Shown: positions 1 to 12,187, counted from the stretch's first letter. The stretch is 64,000 bases of DNA from Octopus vulgaris (GCA_951406725.2 OX597815.1:28644001-28708000); one strand, 5' to 3'. The notes: generated from the sequence alone by a model not told the origin. A program made the numbers and translations.

Positions 1-685
1 CAGAAATATTAGTAGCATTTCATTCAGAAATTTCCAACAAAAATGCTAGTAACATTTCTTTTAGCTCTTTACTTTCTGACTTTGAATTCCACCAAGGTGG
101 TCTTTGCCTTTTGTCCTTTCAGGGTTGATAAAATAAGTATCAGTTCAGCACAGGGGTCTATGTAATTGACTAAACCCCTCTCTCTAAAACTGCTAGTTTG
201 TGCCAAAATTTGAGATCATTGTTTATTTAATTTGCTGAGAGATGGAATGACAAAATTCTTAGAATGTTGGAGAAAATGCCTTACAGTATTTTTTCTGGCT
301 GTTTGTTTCAGGTTTGAATCTCAATAAGGTCAACAGTGCCTTTCAACTTCTTAAAGATAATAAAACAGAGTACTGGTCAAGTATTGGTACCAATACAATT
401 GACTATTCTTTTCCCCCAAAATTTCAGGCCCGGTGCATGTAATAGATATGTTCTTGTCCGATTTATGCAATGAAATAGCTTCTACTGAGAAGTGAAAATA
501 GGAGTTTTCCACCATTCTATGATGTTTACACGTGCCAAAAATAAGTATATTTATAATAACTAGTGGGACCCATGAATATTTCACAAAATTAATGGTAAAC
601 TTGTAAGATTATTTCTGAAAACTTAATCCAAAAAACCTGAAAGCATAACCTGTGTTCTGTCTGTATCAAAAGATAGTCACTCGTC

Positions 686-1135
686 TGCTAATCTCTCCCT
701 ATCTCTCTTCTCTCTTTCTTTCTCTCCCCTTCCTCTCTCTCTCTTTCTCTCTCCCTCACTTTCTCTTTCTCTCTTCCCACTCTCTTTCTCTCTCCCCTCT
801 CTCTTTCTCTCTCCTTTATTTTTCTCTCTCCCTCTATCTCTTTCTCTCCCCTCTCTCTCTTTCTCTCTCCCTCTTTCTCTGCCTCTCTCTTCCTCTCCCC
901 TCTCTTTCTTTCTCTCCTCTCTTTTTCTCTCCTTCTTTATCTCTCCCTCTCTCTCTTCCTCTCCCCTCTCTTTCTTTCTCTCCTCTCTTTCTCTCTCAGT
1001 CTCTCGTCTTCTCTCTCACCCTCCCACTTTCCCCCTCTCTCTTTTTCTCTTACCTCTCTCTCACTCTCTTACTCCCCTCTCTTTCTCTTTCCTCTCTCTC
1101 TTCTCTTCCCTCTCTCCCTCCGCAGCTCCCTCCTC
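686..1135. repeat. CT-rich polypyrimidine low-complexity tract
   Basis: Directly visible. Explains the spurious 191-aa ORF. Confidence 0.95.
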
Positions 1136-1597
1136 AATTCTTAGACCATTCTGTGCATACTTTTAATAAACAGTGGTTATCCCTTTGTGTTCCCAATTCA
1201 TCCATTTCTTTATTCTCCTTCCCTTAATATTTCTTCCCAATTTCACTAACATGCAACAAAAGATAAGAGGTTGAAGTTAACCAGAGAATTTCAACCAATC
1301 AAAATAGTCTATTGCTATAAATTCAAACAAAACATACCCAAATGAAGTTAAGAACCCATTGAATAACTTTCTGTTTTATCCCCTTTTCGATATAATTCCA
1401 TCCGGTCACTGCTCCCTGCAAGCTGGCTAGGCTAGTCTCAGTCACTCTTAGCTCACTTTTCTCATCTTTCCCCCCAGTCTACCACATTTTGTTTTACATC
1501 CCTGCACCATGCATAAAACCCAATTCTTCATCCTCAGAACATTGACACTCCCTAACTTTCTCCCTATATTTCCATGCAAGTGTTGACTTGTGTCAGT

Positions 1598-1812
1598 AAA
1601 CGTTAGCACGCCGGGCGAAATGCGTAGCCGTATTTCGTCTGCCGCTACGTTCCGAGTTCAAATTCTGCCGAGGTCGACTTTGCCTTCCAGCCTTTCGGGG
1701 TTGATAAATTAAGTACCAGTTACGCACTGGGGTCGATGTAATCGATTTAATACCTATGTCTGTCCTTGTTTGTCCCCTCTGTGTTTAGCCCCTTGAGGGT
1801 AATAAAGAAATA
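1598..1812 (+). mobile_element. Family-A tRNA-derived SINE (Deu/Nin-like core); older decayed copies at about 5-440, 10107-10495, 10555-10770, 17485-17700 and 21180-23390
   Basis: B-box gagttcaaatt, core gcctt.ca.cctttcgggg.tgataaat.aagtaccag, tail taaagaaata. Confidence 0.85.
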
Positions 1813-1948
1813 AGTTTATGTAAAATGTTAATGATGTCAACTGTACCAATCCCTCGAAGGAATTTCAAAAGCTATAAGCACTTCTTCCTTCAGACCCAGC
1901 AATTAAAAAGTAATTTTTGCAAAGTAAATAACTTTATTTTATTTTTAG

Positions 1949-2046
1949 TTTACGGAACAAAACAAGGAACTTCACCGGAAAATTAGAGTCCTGGAACAAA
2001 GTCGCATGATTGAACCAAGAAAAAAATATAAAATTTTGAAGGATAG
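1949..2046 (+). CDS. Gene A (unidentified protein, 5' end outside window), internal exon a: FTEQNKELHRKIRVLEQSRMIEPRKKYKILKD
   Basis: Acceptor tttatttttag at 1938-1948 and donor gtacat at 2047. Open in phase 0, ends in phase 2 matching exon b. Coiled-coil-like composition. Confidence 0.75.
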
Positions 2047-2388
2047 GTACATTTCATTCTTTAACTTCATTAGCATGAAAAATTATTTAAATTTTTTTAA
2101 ATAATTTATCACTTGTTTTCTTTATTTTTCACATTGCTGTTAATCGTGAAGTTCTTTCAATGTAGGAGAATATGAGTGGTTGTATGTGACCATTGGTATG
2201 GCTAATACAACAATTAGCAGTTAGTGTATCATTGGAAATACAATAAGGGATAGAAAGTTCCGTAATCACTCAGACCTTATAATGAAGAGTTTATATGTAA
2301 TAAAGGATTTATATGTAATAAAGGATTATTAGAAGTGCAAGATTTAAAGTGATGGATTCATCAACAGGATGGCATAAAATTCTACCAT

Positions 2389-2561
2389 TATACATACATA
2401 CATACATACACTCATACATACATACATACATACATACATACATACATACATACATACATACATACATACATACATACATACATACACTACATACATACAT
2501 ACATACATACATACATACATACATACATACATACATACATGCATGCATACATACATGCATG

Positions 2562-2617
<56 letters not shown>

Positions 2618-2662
2618 TACATACATACATACATACATACATACATACATACATACATACAT
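2389..2662. repeat. (CATA)n/(CA)n compound microsatellite
   Basis: Directly visible. Confidence 0.97.
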
Positions 2663-2730
2663 AAATAAATATGACACCTGAGAGCTTGCATTTTTGAGGT
2701 ATTATTGCATTTATTCTTATTTACAATCAG

Positions 2731-2851
2731 CTTCATTCATCTCTGTAAAAATCTCTATACAAAGATTCCAACATCCTTTTACAATTTCCGAAAACTATCA
2801 ATGTGGAGAAGTAGTTCACAATGGCAAAGTAAAATAATCTGGTTTCTTCAG
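2731..2851 (+). CDS. Gene A exon b: (S)FIHLCKNLYTKIPTSFYNFRKLSMWRSSSQWQSKIIWFLQ
   Basis: Acceptor ttacaatcag and donor cag|gtaaga. Only one frame is open and it fits the phase-2 intron from exon a. Ends in phase 0. Confidence 0.75.
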
Positions 2852-3398
2852 GTAAGATTAGGTGCTATTGCATCTGAAACTGTGGTATGTGTCTTGTGGG
2901 TTATATTCTTCCACCAAAGTTTCAATTTAAAATTCATATAAAAGGATAATAATAATAATAATGAAATTATTGTATACAGTGCTCAGGTGCATCACAACTT
3001 GTCAAAAGTGCATATAAAGCATATGCAGTAATGTACAAATGTCTGGAAGGTGAACAGTGTATGAGTCAGATACATGCTTGCGTGTGTATGGAGGGGAGAA
3101 AATCAGGTGTAGTGTTGGCGAATCTCAGGAAGCATGGAAGTTTTGAAGGATGCAGTGCTCCGACAACTAACAACTGATGCCAGCAATATTTTTTATTGAA
3201 TATAAAGTAATGAAATTTTAAACAATTCATAACAAAAAATTTCTTTTTTAAATCTCTTTTACAGTACATTTGCTGATATACCGGATATAGGGTATAGCAA
3301 AACAAACTTCTATGAGAAAAAGATCCAAATTCTCCAACATAGGTATACTTGAGACTATTTTCTTAAGCTTAAAAGTTTCAGTTTAATTATATTTCCAG

Positions 3399-3457
3399 TA
3401 TGACCATTACGAATTGGTACTTGTTATTGGTATCTTGGGATTACAATATATTCCTTG
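3399..3457 (+). CDS. Gene A exon c: YDHYELVLVIGILGLQYIP(C), hydrophobic segment
   Basis: Acceptor atttccag and donor tg|gtgagt. Phase 0 to phase 2 fits both neighbours. Confidence 0.7.
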
Positions 3458-4387
3458 GTGAGTGAAATATGCACTCAAATTTTGATTCCTAGTTGAAATA
3501 ACTTTACTAACAATACTAATACACTTCAGAAAGATATGAATTCTATGTAATGCTTTCTAGAATCCAAGATTGTCACCAAATGGATTTAAGTAGCACATAG
3601 CAGCCTCTGCTTTCGTTACCGTATTTATTTTGAGATGCTCTGGGTTTCTTTCAATTAATTGTAAATATAACGAAGAATTTAATAAAATAACTTACTTATC
3701 ATTCAGCTACTGTTAGGATCATAAATTGTGACTAAGGTTTGGTGGTATATTTTAATTCAAAACTTATGAAAACAAGACATTTATACTACAGAGCCAGAGC
3801 CAGTTTTGGCCGGGTTAGTATCAAAAGGGTTAAGATACTGGCTTCAGCTTTCTTCACTCTGAGTTTAAATCCCACTGAGATCAACCTTGTCTTTCCTTCT
3901 CTGGTAGTCACTAGATAAAGTGTCAGTCCAGAGGTGAATTTGATTCTTTTCTCTCTCTCTCTCTCTTTCTGCCTGAATTGTGCCTGTAATTTCAGAGGTC
4001 AAGCCTTGCAACATCACATCATGCTGAGTGCATCAGTCTAAGAATTGTGTTTAAGGTACACATAGCTGTGGAATACTCAGTTGTTAACACATTAATTTCA
4101 CAAGTAAAAACATAATTGGTTAAAAATCACATCTAGCCCGAATAATGAATTTCTATGCAGTTTCCTTTCACTAACTTCTCTCTAAACAGCGCAAATGTTT
4201 CTGTTGGCTTTAGAAGCTTTGGAACTTAGATCAAAAGTGAAGAGAAGTGAGTGTAAAAAATGCTCTTTTTTCTATTTAGCACTCCATCATCATGTGCTTG
4301 AAAAGAGGAATATTTACTCAATTTTGGAACACCATAAAGAACAGCCATAAAGGAAGAATGGCGCTACAAAATATCATAAAACATTAA

Positions 4388-4787
4388 CTCTTTTACTCTT
4401 TTAATTGTTTCAGTCATTTGACTGCGGCCATGCTGGAGCACCGCCTTAAATCGAGCAACTCGACCCCAGGACTTATTCTTTTGTAAGCCCAGTACTTATT
4501 GTATCGGTCTCCTTTTGCCGAACCGCTAAGTAACGGGGACATAAACACACCAGCATCGGTTGTCAAGCAATGCTAGGGGGACAAATACAGACACACAAAC
4601 ACACACACACATATATATATACATATATACGACGGGCTTCTTTCAGTTTCCGTCTACCAAATCCACTCACAAGGCTTTGGTCGGCCCGAGGCTATAGTAG
4701 AAGACATTTGCCCAAGGTGCCACGCAGTGGGACTGAACCCGGAACCATGTGGTTGGCAAACAAGCTACTTATCACACAGCCACTCCT
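4388..4787 (-). mobile_element. Family-B tRNA-derived SINE (CORE-like accttgggcaa, internal TA/TG microsatellite, AAAAGAG tail)
   Basis: On the minus strand: A-box tggctgtgtgataa and B-box gggttcagtccc. Aligns with the other family-B copies. Confidence 0.9.
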
Positions 4788-5384
4788 TACGATAAAAATA
4801 TTTTTTGTGTAGTTCCACAAGCTATAAGCAGGAATGAAGCTTTATTTTTCAACCTTATTACAACATGAGCAGTTCATACATAAAAAGAAAACATGTTATG
4901 AATTACAGAATTTGTTAGGGGATTTGTTTGAAATTTATGGTTAATTAAACCCATTTTTCATATTCTCACCACCCATATATGACCAATACACCAACCAAGG
5001 ATTATTTTGTGGCATGTAACCCAGTACAATCTGATTCACAGCTAGGTGGTTGATGACAAAATTGGTACCCTCCACCCAATTTGCTACATGAGTAGGGTTT
5101 ATGGGTGCCAAATAGAACTTAAAATAAAATCTGTCAAAGGGCAGAAGAGCTTGCAGAGAAGCCAAAAAAGGCAATAGCTAGAGAGGAGATAGATTCCACT
5201 AGGTATACTGTGAACCTACCAGCCACCCTGGGCCATAGGACTTCAATGGATGGATAGAATTTATAGGGCATTGTATATAATGATCATTGGGTGGGGTTGT
5301 TGTTTATTTTTAAATTTGTATAGGTTTTGAAATATTGATGTTAAATAAATTCAACTACCTTCTCTTTCTTCTTCTGATGTATAG

Positions 5385-5472
5385 CTACAATGCCCTTAGG
5401 AATGAAATGTACACACGCCAAACTCTACAAAGACAGTCATGCTTGATGCACCATGCAGGAATAACTTATAAA
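5385..5472 (+). CDS. Gene A exon d: (C)YNALRNEMYTRQTLQRQSCLMHHAGITYK
   Basis: Pyrimidine tract followed by gtatag, donor aaa|gtaagt. The only fully open frame matches the phase-2 intron. Confidence 0.7.
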
Positions 5473-5949
5473 GTAAGTCTTTCTCTTTATTTCACCTCTA
5501 ACATTGTAAGCTGTAGTAGTTAATTTGTGTTTTGACTATATCATGTTCTGTATTCTGTAAGAGCCTTTGACTCTCTTCATTAATTGTTGAAACTGGCTCC
5601 TTTAACGGGATGGTAATGTATTTACCAAGTTGATGGTTTATACCATTATCAATTGCACAATGCTTATTGTGTTCATGGTAAGAACAAGTAACTCTCAACA
5701 GTTCAATGCATCTATCTCTAATAGGAATGTTGTTAAGGTACACTTCACAGCTATTGAGTCCAGAAGGATTGCAAATTTGACAAATATTTCATTATCTTAT
5801 TATAATGAATTCAGATCTTAAATCCGTTTGTGAATCTGGTAAAATTTCTAGAAACTTCTCCACTGTATTTAGTTTCTAAACACTTAGAACAAAATGTTGA
5901 TGGTATTAGTGCTTTCCTTTGGCCTATAAAGTGTTAAGATTCAGCAGTA

Positions 5950-6138
5950 TTGATTAATGGAGATGTACTTGCATAGCAAGTGACCTGATCTGAGATCATG
6001 TGCTGGAATGAAAACAAGTGCAACGTGGAAGGTGTTTATAAGTCGTTTAAGAAACACACAAAAACCGTTAGATTCACTTCAACATTTAAATTTAATTTGT
6101 CAAAGTATTTTCGTCGCTTTGAGACCGCGACCTGTTCA
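5950..6138 (-). mobile_element. Penelope-like terminal repeat fragment with a truncated hammerhead-like motif
   Basis: Minus strand TGAACA-g-gtcgc(9 nt)gcgac-GAAA-atacTT-tgacaaa, the same architecture as the other motifs. Confidence 0.4.
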
Positions 6139-6933
6139 GATCTATTTATTCATTTGCATTCAGGGAAACAACAATTCTTTTTTTCTTTTGGTATATTACA
6201 AGAAAGGTAGAAGAAAGCAATAAAAATTTCATTATTCATAATAAAAGTGGTGTAGCTATAGATGAAATATCATAAGTTCACATCTCAGGACATATCAGGA
6301 AAGAACACTTTACTTCATATGTTTCATTTCCAGAGCTTATTATTCTATAAATGTCAATTATTCTTAATACATTAGTTAAAAGATTAAGAACAGAGCTCTG
6401 GACCATTACAGGCTCTCAGGCAGGTGAGATTGAAGTGGTTGATGCCCACCCAAGCTAAACATCTCTGCAAGTTTATGTATGTAGGAAAAACCAAGGACAG
6501 AAAGTGGTAACTGGGGTGATGGTCCAGATTCTTGCAACAAGGTGATCTTTGCCAAGAACATTCAAAAAGTATACTGTCATAGACTAGTGTCTGAGCCAAG
6601 AAGATATTTATCTTTCACCCACTTTGAAGAGGTCAGAGTTAATCTCTTGTCTTATGAACAACTTCTTTTTTATAGATCCTGAGGACATTTACTTTTTATA
6701 TTTCTAGTGTCTAGTATTAAATGCTGTGGTGGTCAGGTGTATTTTAACCTGTCATTATGAACTTAAACCCTCCAATGACATATGTGTTAAAAGGGAGGTA
6801 CTACTTCTTTTATGATCTACAAAGAATGTCCAAAGAATTTCTTGCTGAGTTATGGAAGCATTAAATTAATCAATTTATTGAAATAAAATGCCACAATTTA
6901 TTGATTTCCTCTTTCTTTTTATTTAAATTCCAG

Positions 6934-6984
6934 ATAAATAACCCACTTCCTACCAAAGAGCAGCCTATGCAAGTCAAATTATGT
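6934..6984 (+). CDS. Gene A exon e: INNPLPTKEQPMQVKLC
   Basis: Strong acceptor (ttcctctttctttttatttaaattccag) and donor tgt|gtaagt. 51 nt, phase 0-0. Confidence 0.7.
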
Positions 6985-7128
6985 GTAAGTATTTTTGAAA
7001 TTTCAGTTTAATATATAGTGATGCTTCTCTTCACAAAATGAATTAAGAATGAATCTATATATTTAAGGAACAGTTTAAGTTTCAATATTCCATCTACCAG
7101 TTGCTTGAAAAATTGTATCAATACATAC

Positions 7129-7346
7129 TTAGCCCTTTCATTACTGTATTTATTTTGAAATTCTCTGTGTTTCTTTCAATTACTTTAAATATAACAAAGA
7201 ATTTAGTAAAATAACTTAGTTATCATTCAGTTAGTGTTAGGAACATAAATTGTGACTAAGATTTGGTGGAAGATTTTAATTCAAAACTTATGGAAACAAG
7301 ACATTTGTACTCAGAGCCAGAGCCGGGTTGGTAACAAAAGGGTTAA
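7129..7346. mobile_element. piggyBac-like MITE; second copy at about 3609-3833
   Basis: tta(g)ccctt...aaagggttaa termini. The two copies align over ~210 bp. Confidence 0.65.
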
Positions 7347-7389
7347 TATTTTATAACACAGTTGGACATCTCCAAAATTTTGGCCAATG

Positions 7390-8596
7390 TACAAGGGTCA
7401 GCTGGAAAGTTCACAGGCTGACCAAAATACTCTCATAAAATGTGACCAAATGAGGTTTATTTTTCAACATAATCTTTCTTGTGGTCTGCACACTTCTTCC
7501 ATTGGCGTTGAATTACTTGGATCCCATTAGTGAAGAAATTTTCATCTTGTTGATCAAAAAAGTCATCAATAGCAGACATGACATCATCACTACTGTGATA
7601 CTCATTCCCAGCCAAAAGTTTTTTCATGTTGGGGAAATGGTTGATAGTCAGACGGAGCCAAATAAGGAAGCTGATTAGCCAGTTCAAAGCCACAGTTGTG
7701 CACTGTAGCCATTGAAAGCAAGGATTTGTGTGCTGGAGCATTGTCCTCACAAAACAAGACCCTTTCATCAGTTCTCCTGGGCGTTTGGTCTTGATAGCCC
7801 ATTGTAACTGCCTCAGCAAATTACCATAGTATTCTCCATTGATAGTTTGGCCCTTTTGAAGATAATCAATAAACACAATGCCTTTTGCATCCCAAAAAAA
7901 CTGAGGCCAACACCTTCCATGACTTTAGCCTTCTTTGGAATTGGTGAGGAGGGTTGTTTCTACTACACGGATAGTCTCTTTGCCTCTGACTCAAAGTGAT
8001 GAAGCCAACCCTCATCCTGAGTTAGGAATAACTCAAGGAAACCAGCTGGAGTTGCCTCAAACAATATCAGATTTTCTCCTGTGATGTGATCAACCTGATG
8101 GGCTTTTGATCAGGTATCAGAAAACATGGCACCCACCAAGCAGAATATTCTCAACTCTCTCATGAGATATGCTAATAATATTGACTATTTGATTTATAGT
8201 CAAATGCTGTTATTCATCATCACCATGTGGTGAACACAATCAATGTTTTCCTTGGTGGTGGCAGTTGTAGGACGTCCAGACCTTGAGTCATCTTCAAGAC
8301 TGATGCTTCTCTTAATTCAGCTGCTCACTTTTCCACTGTTGATAAAGCTGGAGCATTCTCCCTTAATATAGCAACCATGTCAGCATGAATGCCCAGGTAC
8401 TTGATAACACCATGATGCCAAAATTTGTCCATTTTCAAGAGAAGTGACTACTAATTACTTTTGAAGTGTTCTTTACCTGGAAGGAAACAATGCAATTATT
8501 AATAAGAAAAGTTAAGATTAGTAAATGCCAAGTTTCACAATTCTAACATCACTCTTTCATAGTCAGCTTATGAACTTTTCAGCTCACCTTCATGTA
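7390..8596 (-). mobile_element. Near full-length decayed mariner (Tc1/mariner, DD34D) transposon
   Basis: Degenerate ~30-bp TIRs with TA ends (tacaagggtcagctggaaagttcacaggctgac / gtcagcttatgaacttttcagctcaccttcatgta). Frameshifted transposase motifs LEDDSRSGRP, DYLQKGQTINGEYY, DNAPAH, LAPSDY and WKKC..DYVEK. Confidence 0.9.
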
Positions 8597-8822
8597 TAGT
8601 CTGTTTAATTGAGTTCAGTACTAGGGTAGTACCTATTTTAACGGTCCCAGAAAGATGACTGACAAAGTAAGAATTGAACTAAAAATTAAATGCATGTATT
8701 TAATCCACCACTATATTGATTTTGCCATCCACTGCCTTAATTGCCCCTTATTTTGACACAAGACCAGAAATTTTAGGGAAAGGTTAGTCAATTGAATTGA
8801 TTCTAATCTTGACTGGTATTTT

Positions 8823-9202
8823 ATGAGGACAGCTGCATTGTGTATGGATGAGGACAGCTACGCAAAGAAGTGCTGAGCTTTAATTGTGGAGGGCACCCAG
8901 GAAGACATAGGATAAAGTGGTGAGAAAGGATCTTTGGATGCTGGGCCTCACTGAGGAAATTTTAAGGGACCAGGAGATGTGATTTGCTGTACTTGATAAG
9001 ACATATCAAGCTAAGTAAAATCACTGTCTTCCACACATACACGTTTGTCCTGTCAGGTGCCAGTGCCACTTAAAAAGCTCATGTGCTAGTGCTACATTAA
9101 CGCACCATATCAGTGCTGCCTAAATGCACCCAGAGGGGCATCCAACCATAGAAACCATGCCACAACAGACAGGACATTGAATGATGATGGTGATAATGAT
9201 GA
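8823..9202 (+). mobile_element. Old RTE LINE 3' end running into family-D repeat sequence
   Basis: MDEDSYAKKC..IVEG..RKT*DKVVRKDLWMLGLTEEILRD, then decayed gggcatccaaccatagaaac and (TGA)n. Confidence 0.5.
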
Positions 9203-9438
9203 AAGTATGGAAAGGTAAGTTGACCTCAGTGGGATTTGAACTTAGAACATAAATAACCAGAATTAATACTACAAAGCATTTTTGCCCACATTCTTTGCAC
9301 AAGACCACAAATTTTCAGAGGAAGGATCTGGAGGGGTACCAGTGGAAATTAAATATAATTCAAACCAAAGATTACCTACAGTTTTATTTTTTTCATTTGA
9401 AAATAGCATAAAAGGAATCAAACAGTCTTTGCTGTATC

Positions 9439-10104
9439 ATGGATTCATCAAACTTAAGTAATTCTGAAATACCAATTTTAATGAAAAGATGCAAAAGCTA
9501 TGCTGAATTTTTGTGTGGTTATGGTGCTACCTTTATCAACATTACTGTCACATTTCCCATTTGCCAGCCTTGCCTGGCCCCCATGATGGTGGCACGTAAA
9601 AAGCACCATCCGTCCGTGACCGTCTGCCAGCCCCGTCTGGCACCTGTGCGTGTGGCATGTAAAAAGCACCCACTACACTCACGGAGTGGTTGGTGTTAGG
9701 AAGGGCATCCAGCCATAGAAACACTGCCAGATCAGACTGGGCCTGGTGCAGCCTTCAGGCTTCCCAGACCCCAGTTGAACCGTCCAACCCATGCTAGCAT
9801 GGAAAGCGGACGCTAAATGATGATGATGAAGGTGACATTTCGTCAGCAGCGCTATGGTGTAAGTAGTGAGACTGCTTATAAACAAATATATCATGAAGGT
9901 CTATGCCAATTATACTGTGAGCTTCTGCCTCCTTTGTTACAAAAGTCAACGTCTGTTGCAGCTATGTTTGGAATTTATCAGAGTTACAATGAAATACTCT
10001 TGAGGAAAACTAATCTGCCAAAAGATGTCAGGAAAGGCACTGCTGCATGTTTTGCTGGAACTACAGAAGCTATTTTGACACCTTTTGAGCGCATACAGAC
10101 ACTT
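9439..10104 (+). pseudogene. SLC25A51: Truncated SLC25A51/MCART1-like mitochondrial NAD+ carrier copy, interrupted by a retroposon insertion (9560-9828)
   Basis: Two in-frame pieces, ...EFLCGYGATFINITVTFPI and KVTFRQQRYG...LLPPLLQKSTSVAAMFGIY...AACFAGTTEAILTPFERIQTL, match the SLC25A51 motifs TFPIxKVxFRQQ, PPLxQK and AGTTEAIxTPxERxQTL. The insertion carries in-frame stops, the C-terminal half is absent, and LYRG has decayed to LYCE. Confidence 0.88.
9560..9828 (+). mobile_element. Family-D retroposon (RTE 3' UTR or MetaSINE-like) inserted in the SLC25A51 copy
   Basis: ggcacgtaaaaagcacc subrepeats, ttaggaagggcatccagc core, (ATG)n tail. Confidence 0.85.
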
Positions 10105-10219
10105 GGATTTATTACTTAACTGGTTCATATTTTATTGAGTAAAAAGGATGAAAGGAAAAGTCACCCTCAGTAGGAGATAACCTTAGAACTGTAAGGGATG
10201 TAACTGAATACGACAAACC

Positions 10220-10447
10220 TATTTCTTTACTACCCACGAGGGGCTAAACACAGAGGGGACAAACAAGGACAAACAAACGGATTAAGTTGATTATATCGAC
10301 CCCAGTGCATAACTGGTACTTATTTAATCGACTCCGAAAGGATGAAAGGCAAAGTCAACCTCGGCAGAATTTGAACTCAGAACGTAACGGCAGGGGAAAT
10401 ACGGCTACGCATTTCGCCCGGCGTGCTAACCATTCTGCCAGCTCGCC
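10220..10447 (-). mobile_element. Family-A SINE nested in an older family-A copy
   Basis: TSD tgaatac(g/a)acaaacc at 10205-10219 and 10448-10462. Confidence 0.9.
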
Positions 10448-10806
10448 TGAATACAACAAACCATTTAGTTGATTACTCTATCGATTCTACCTTCCACCAA
10501 TAGTAATTATTATTAATTGTTATGTTATTGTCTTTATTATTATCATCCTTATTAAGGTGGTGAACTGGCAGAATCGTTAGCATGCTGGACAAAATGCTCA
10601 ACAACATTTTTTTCTAGCTCAACATTCTGAGTTCAAATTCCTCCAAGGTTGTCTTTGCTTTTCAACCTTTCGGCATTAATAACATAAATAGCAGTTGACC
10701 ACTGGATCAATGTAATCAACTTGACCCCTCTCCCCAAATTTCAAGCCTTGTGTCTGTAGCAGAAAGAATTATTATTGTTAATGTTAGTACTAGCACATTA
10801 CTAAAC

Positions 10807-11080
10807 ATCATCATCATCATCATCATCTTCATCATCATCATTTAACGCCCGCTTTCCATGCTAGCATGGGTTGAACAATTTGACTGAGGACTGGCGAACT
10901 AGATGGCTACACCAGGCTCCAATCTGATCTGGCAGAGTTTCTACAGCTGGATGCCCTTCCTAATGTCAACCACTCCGAGAGTGTAGTGGGTGCTTTTATG
11001 TGCCACCGGCACAAGGGCCAGTCAGGCAGTACTGGCAACGGCCACACTCAAGTGGTTTTTTTTACATGCCACCTGCACAC
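10807..11080 (-). mobile_element. Family-D retroposon
   Basis: Reverse complement of the family-D core with a (CAT)n tail. Confidence 0.8.
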
Positions 11081-11508
11081 GTAAGGTGGCGTGTTTTATT
11101 GAATTTACAGAGTCCAATAAATGCATAAAAATTCAAAAATGTATATCATTGTCATCATCATCATCGTCATCACCATCACCACCTCCTCCTATCAATTTAA
11201 TGTCTGATTTCCAAGCTCCTTTTAGATAGATTTTTACCGTTGGTTTTCTTATTTATGAAATACCAGCTAAGTTCTAGTTGAACCACTTCACTGCACCAGA
11301 TTCTTCACTAGCTTGACACTACTTCATATACTATCTACTACCAACATGTAGCACAGTTTTTCCCAACATACACTATTCCTCCAAATTACATCTTCGTGGA
11401 TATGCAAATAATATACCAAAGTAGTTTAAGAAAAATTGGAAGTATGATTTTGATAAGTTTGTTCTGCTTAACTTTATTATAAATAATGTGTGCTCTTATT
11501 ATTTACAG

Positions 11509-11619
11509 TCAACAGACATTACATGTGATAAGGAAGGCAATATATTACCAAATGTCCATTATGATGTACCAACTGTTCCTTACCCAAGTTTTTCAGAAAT
11601 ATCTGCTACTGAAGCATGA
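11509..11619 (+). CDS. Gene A probable last coding exon f: STDITCDKEGNILPNVHYDVPTVPYPSFSEISATEA*
   Basis: Acceptor ttattatttacag. Open for 36 codons in phase 0, then TGA at 11617-11619. Could instead be an internal exon using a GC donor at 11537. Confidence 0.55.
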   Translation, partial: STDITCDKEGNILPNVHYDVPTVPYPSFSEISATEA

Positions 11620-11714
11620 TATTGAAACAAATACAAAGTTAGACCTTTTCATCAATCTATTTATCTTGTTTATCAAGTTAACATTCTGTTAAATATCCAT
11701 GTTACTTCTTATAT

Positions 11715-11736
11715 ATCTATCTATCTACCTATCTAC

Positions 11737-11791
<55 letters not shown>

Positions 11792-11839
11792 CCTACATAC
11801 CTACCTATCTGTCTCTCTCTCTCTTTCTCTTTCTCTCTT

Positions 11840-11915
<76 letters not shown>

Positions 11916-11950
11916 TATACATATATATGCACTTATATATATATATATAT
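11715..11950. repeat. (TCTA)n-(TC)n-(TA)n-(CA)n compound microsatellite
   Basis: Directly visible. Confidence 0.95.
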
Positions 11951-12150
11951 TAATGTTTGCTTTTATGTTCAGTTATAATAAAAACAATTTTACAGTATTT
12001 CGTTTTTAGATTTGGTTTGCAAGATTTTTTATATGAGTTCGTGTGTTGAAGCATATTCTGTTGTGTCTGGGGAGTGTCATTTTCTTTTTGTGCCTTTTAA
12101 TGTAACATACTCACCAGTAAACTTTCCAGTTTTTTCTTATTTTTATTTTC

Positions 12151-12187
12151 CTAAAATTTTCGTTGCGTCTTGCAACCTTTTCAATAG
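12151..12187 (-). ncRNA. Minimal hammerhead-like motif with U3-A8 covariant core, in a Penelope-like terminal repeat (about 11955-12190)
   Basis: cta-TTGAAAA-g-gttgc(aagac)gcaac-GAAA-at-TT-tag. A decayed sibling lies at 37412-37448. Confidence 0.5.

Noticed and set aside
652-1227. 191-aa Leu/Ser/Pro ORF
   Set aside because: CT-rich low-complexity tract.
9560-9831. Frame-preserving insertion in SLC25A51 as a new intron or in-frame insert
   Set aside because: No GT at its 5' boundary, no pyrimidine tract, in-frame stops at 9697 and 9814, and the gene is truncated anyway.
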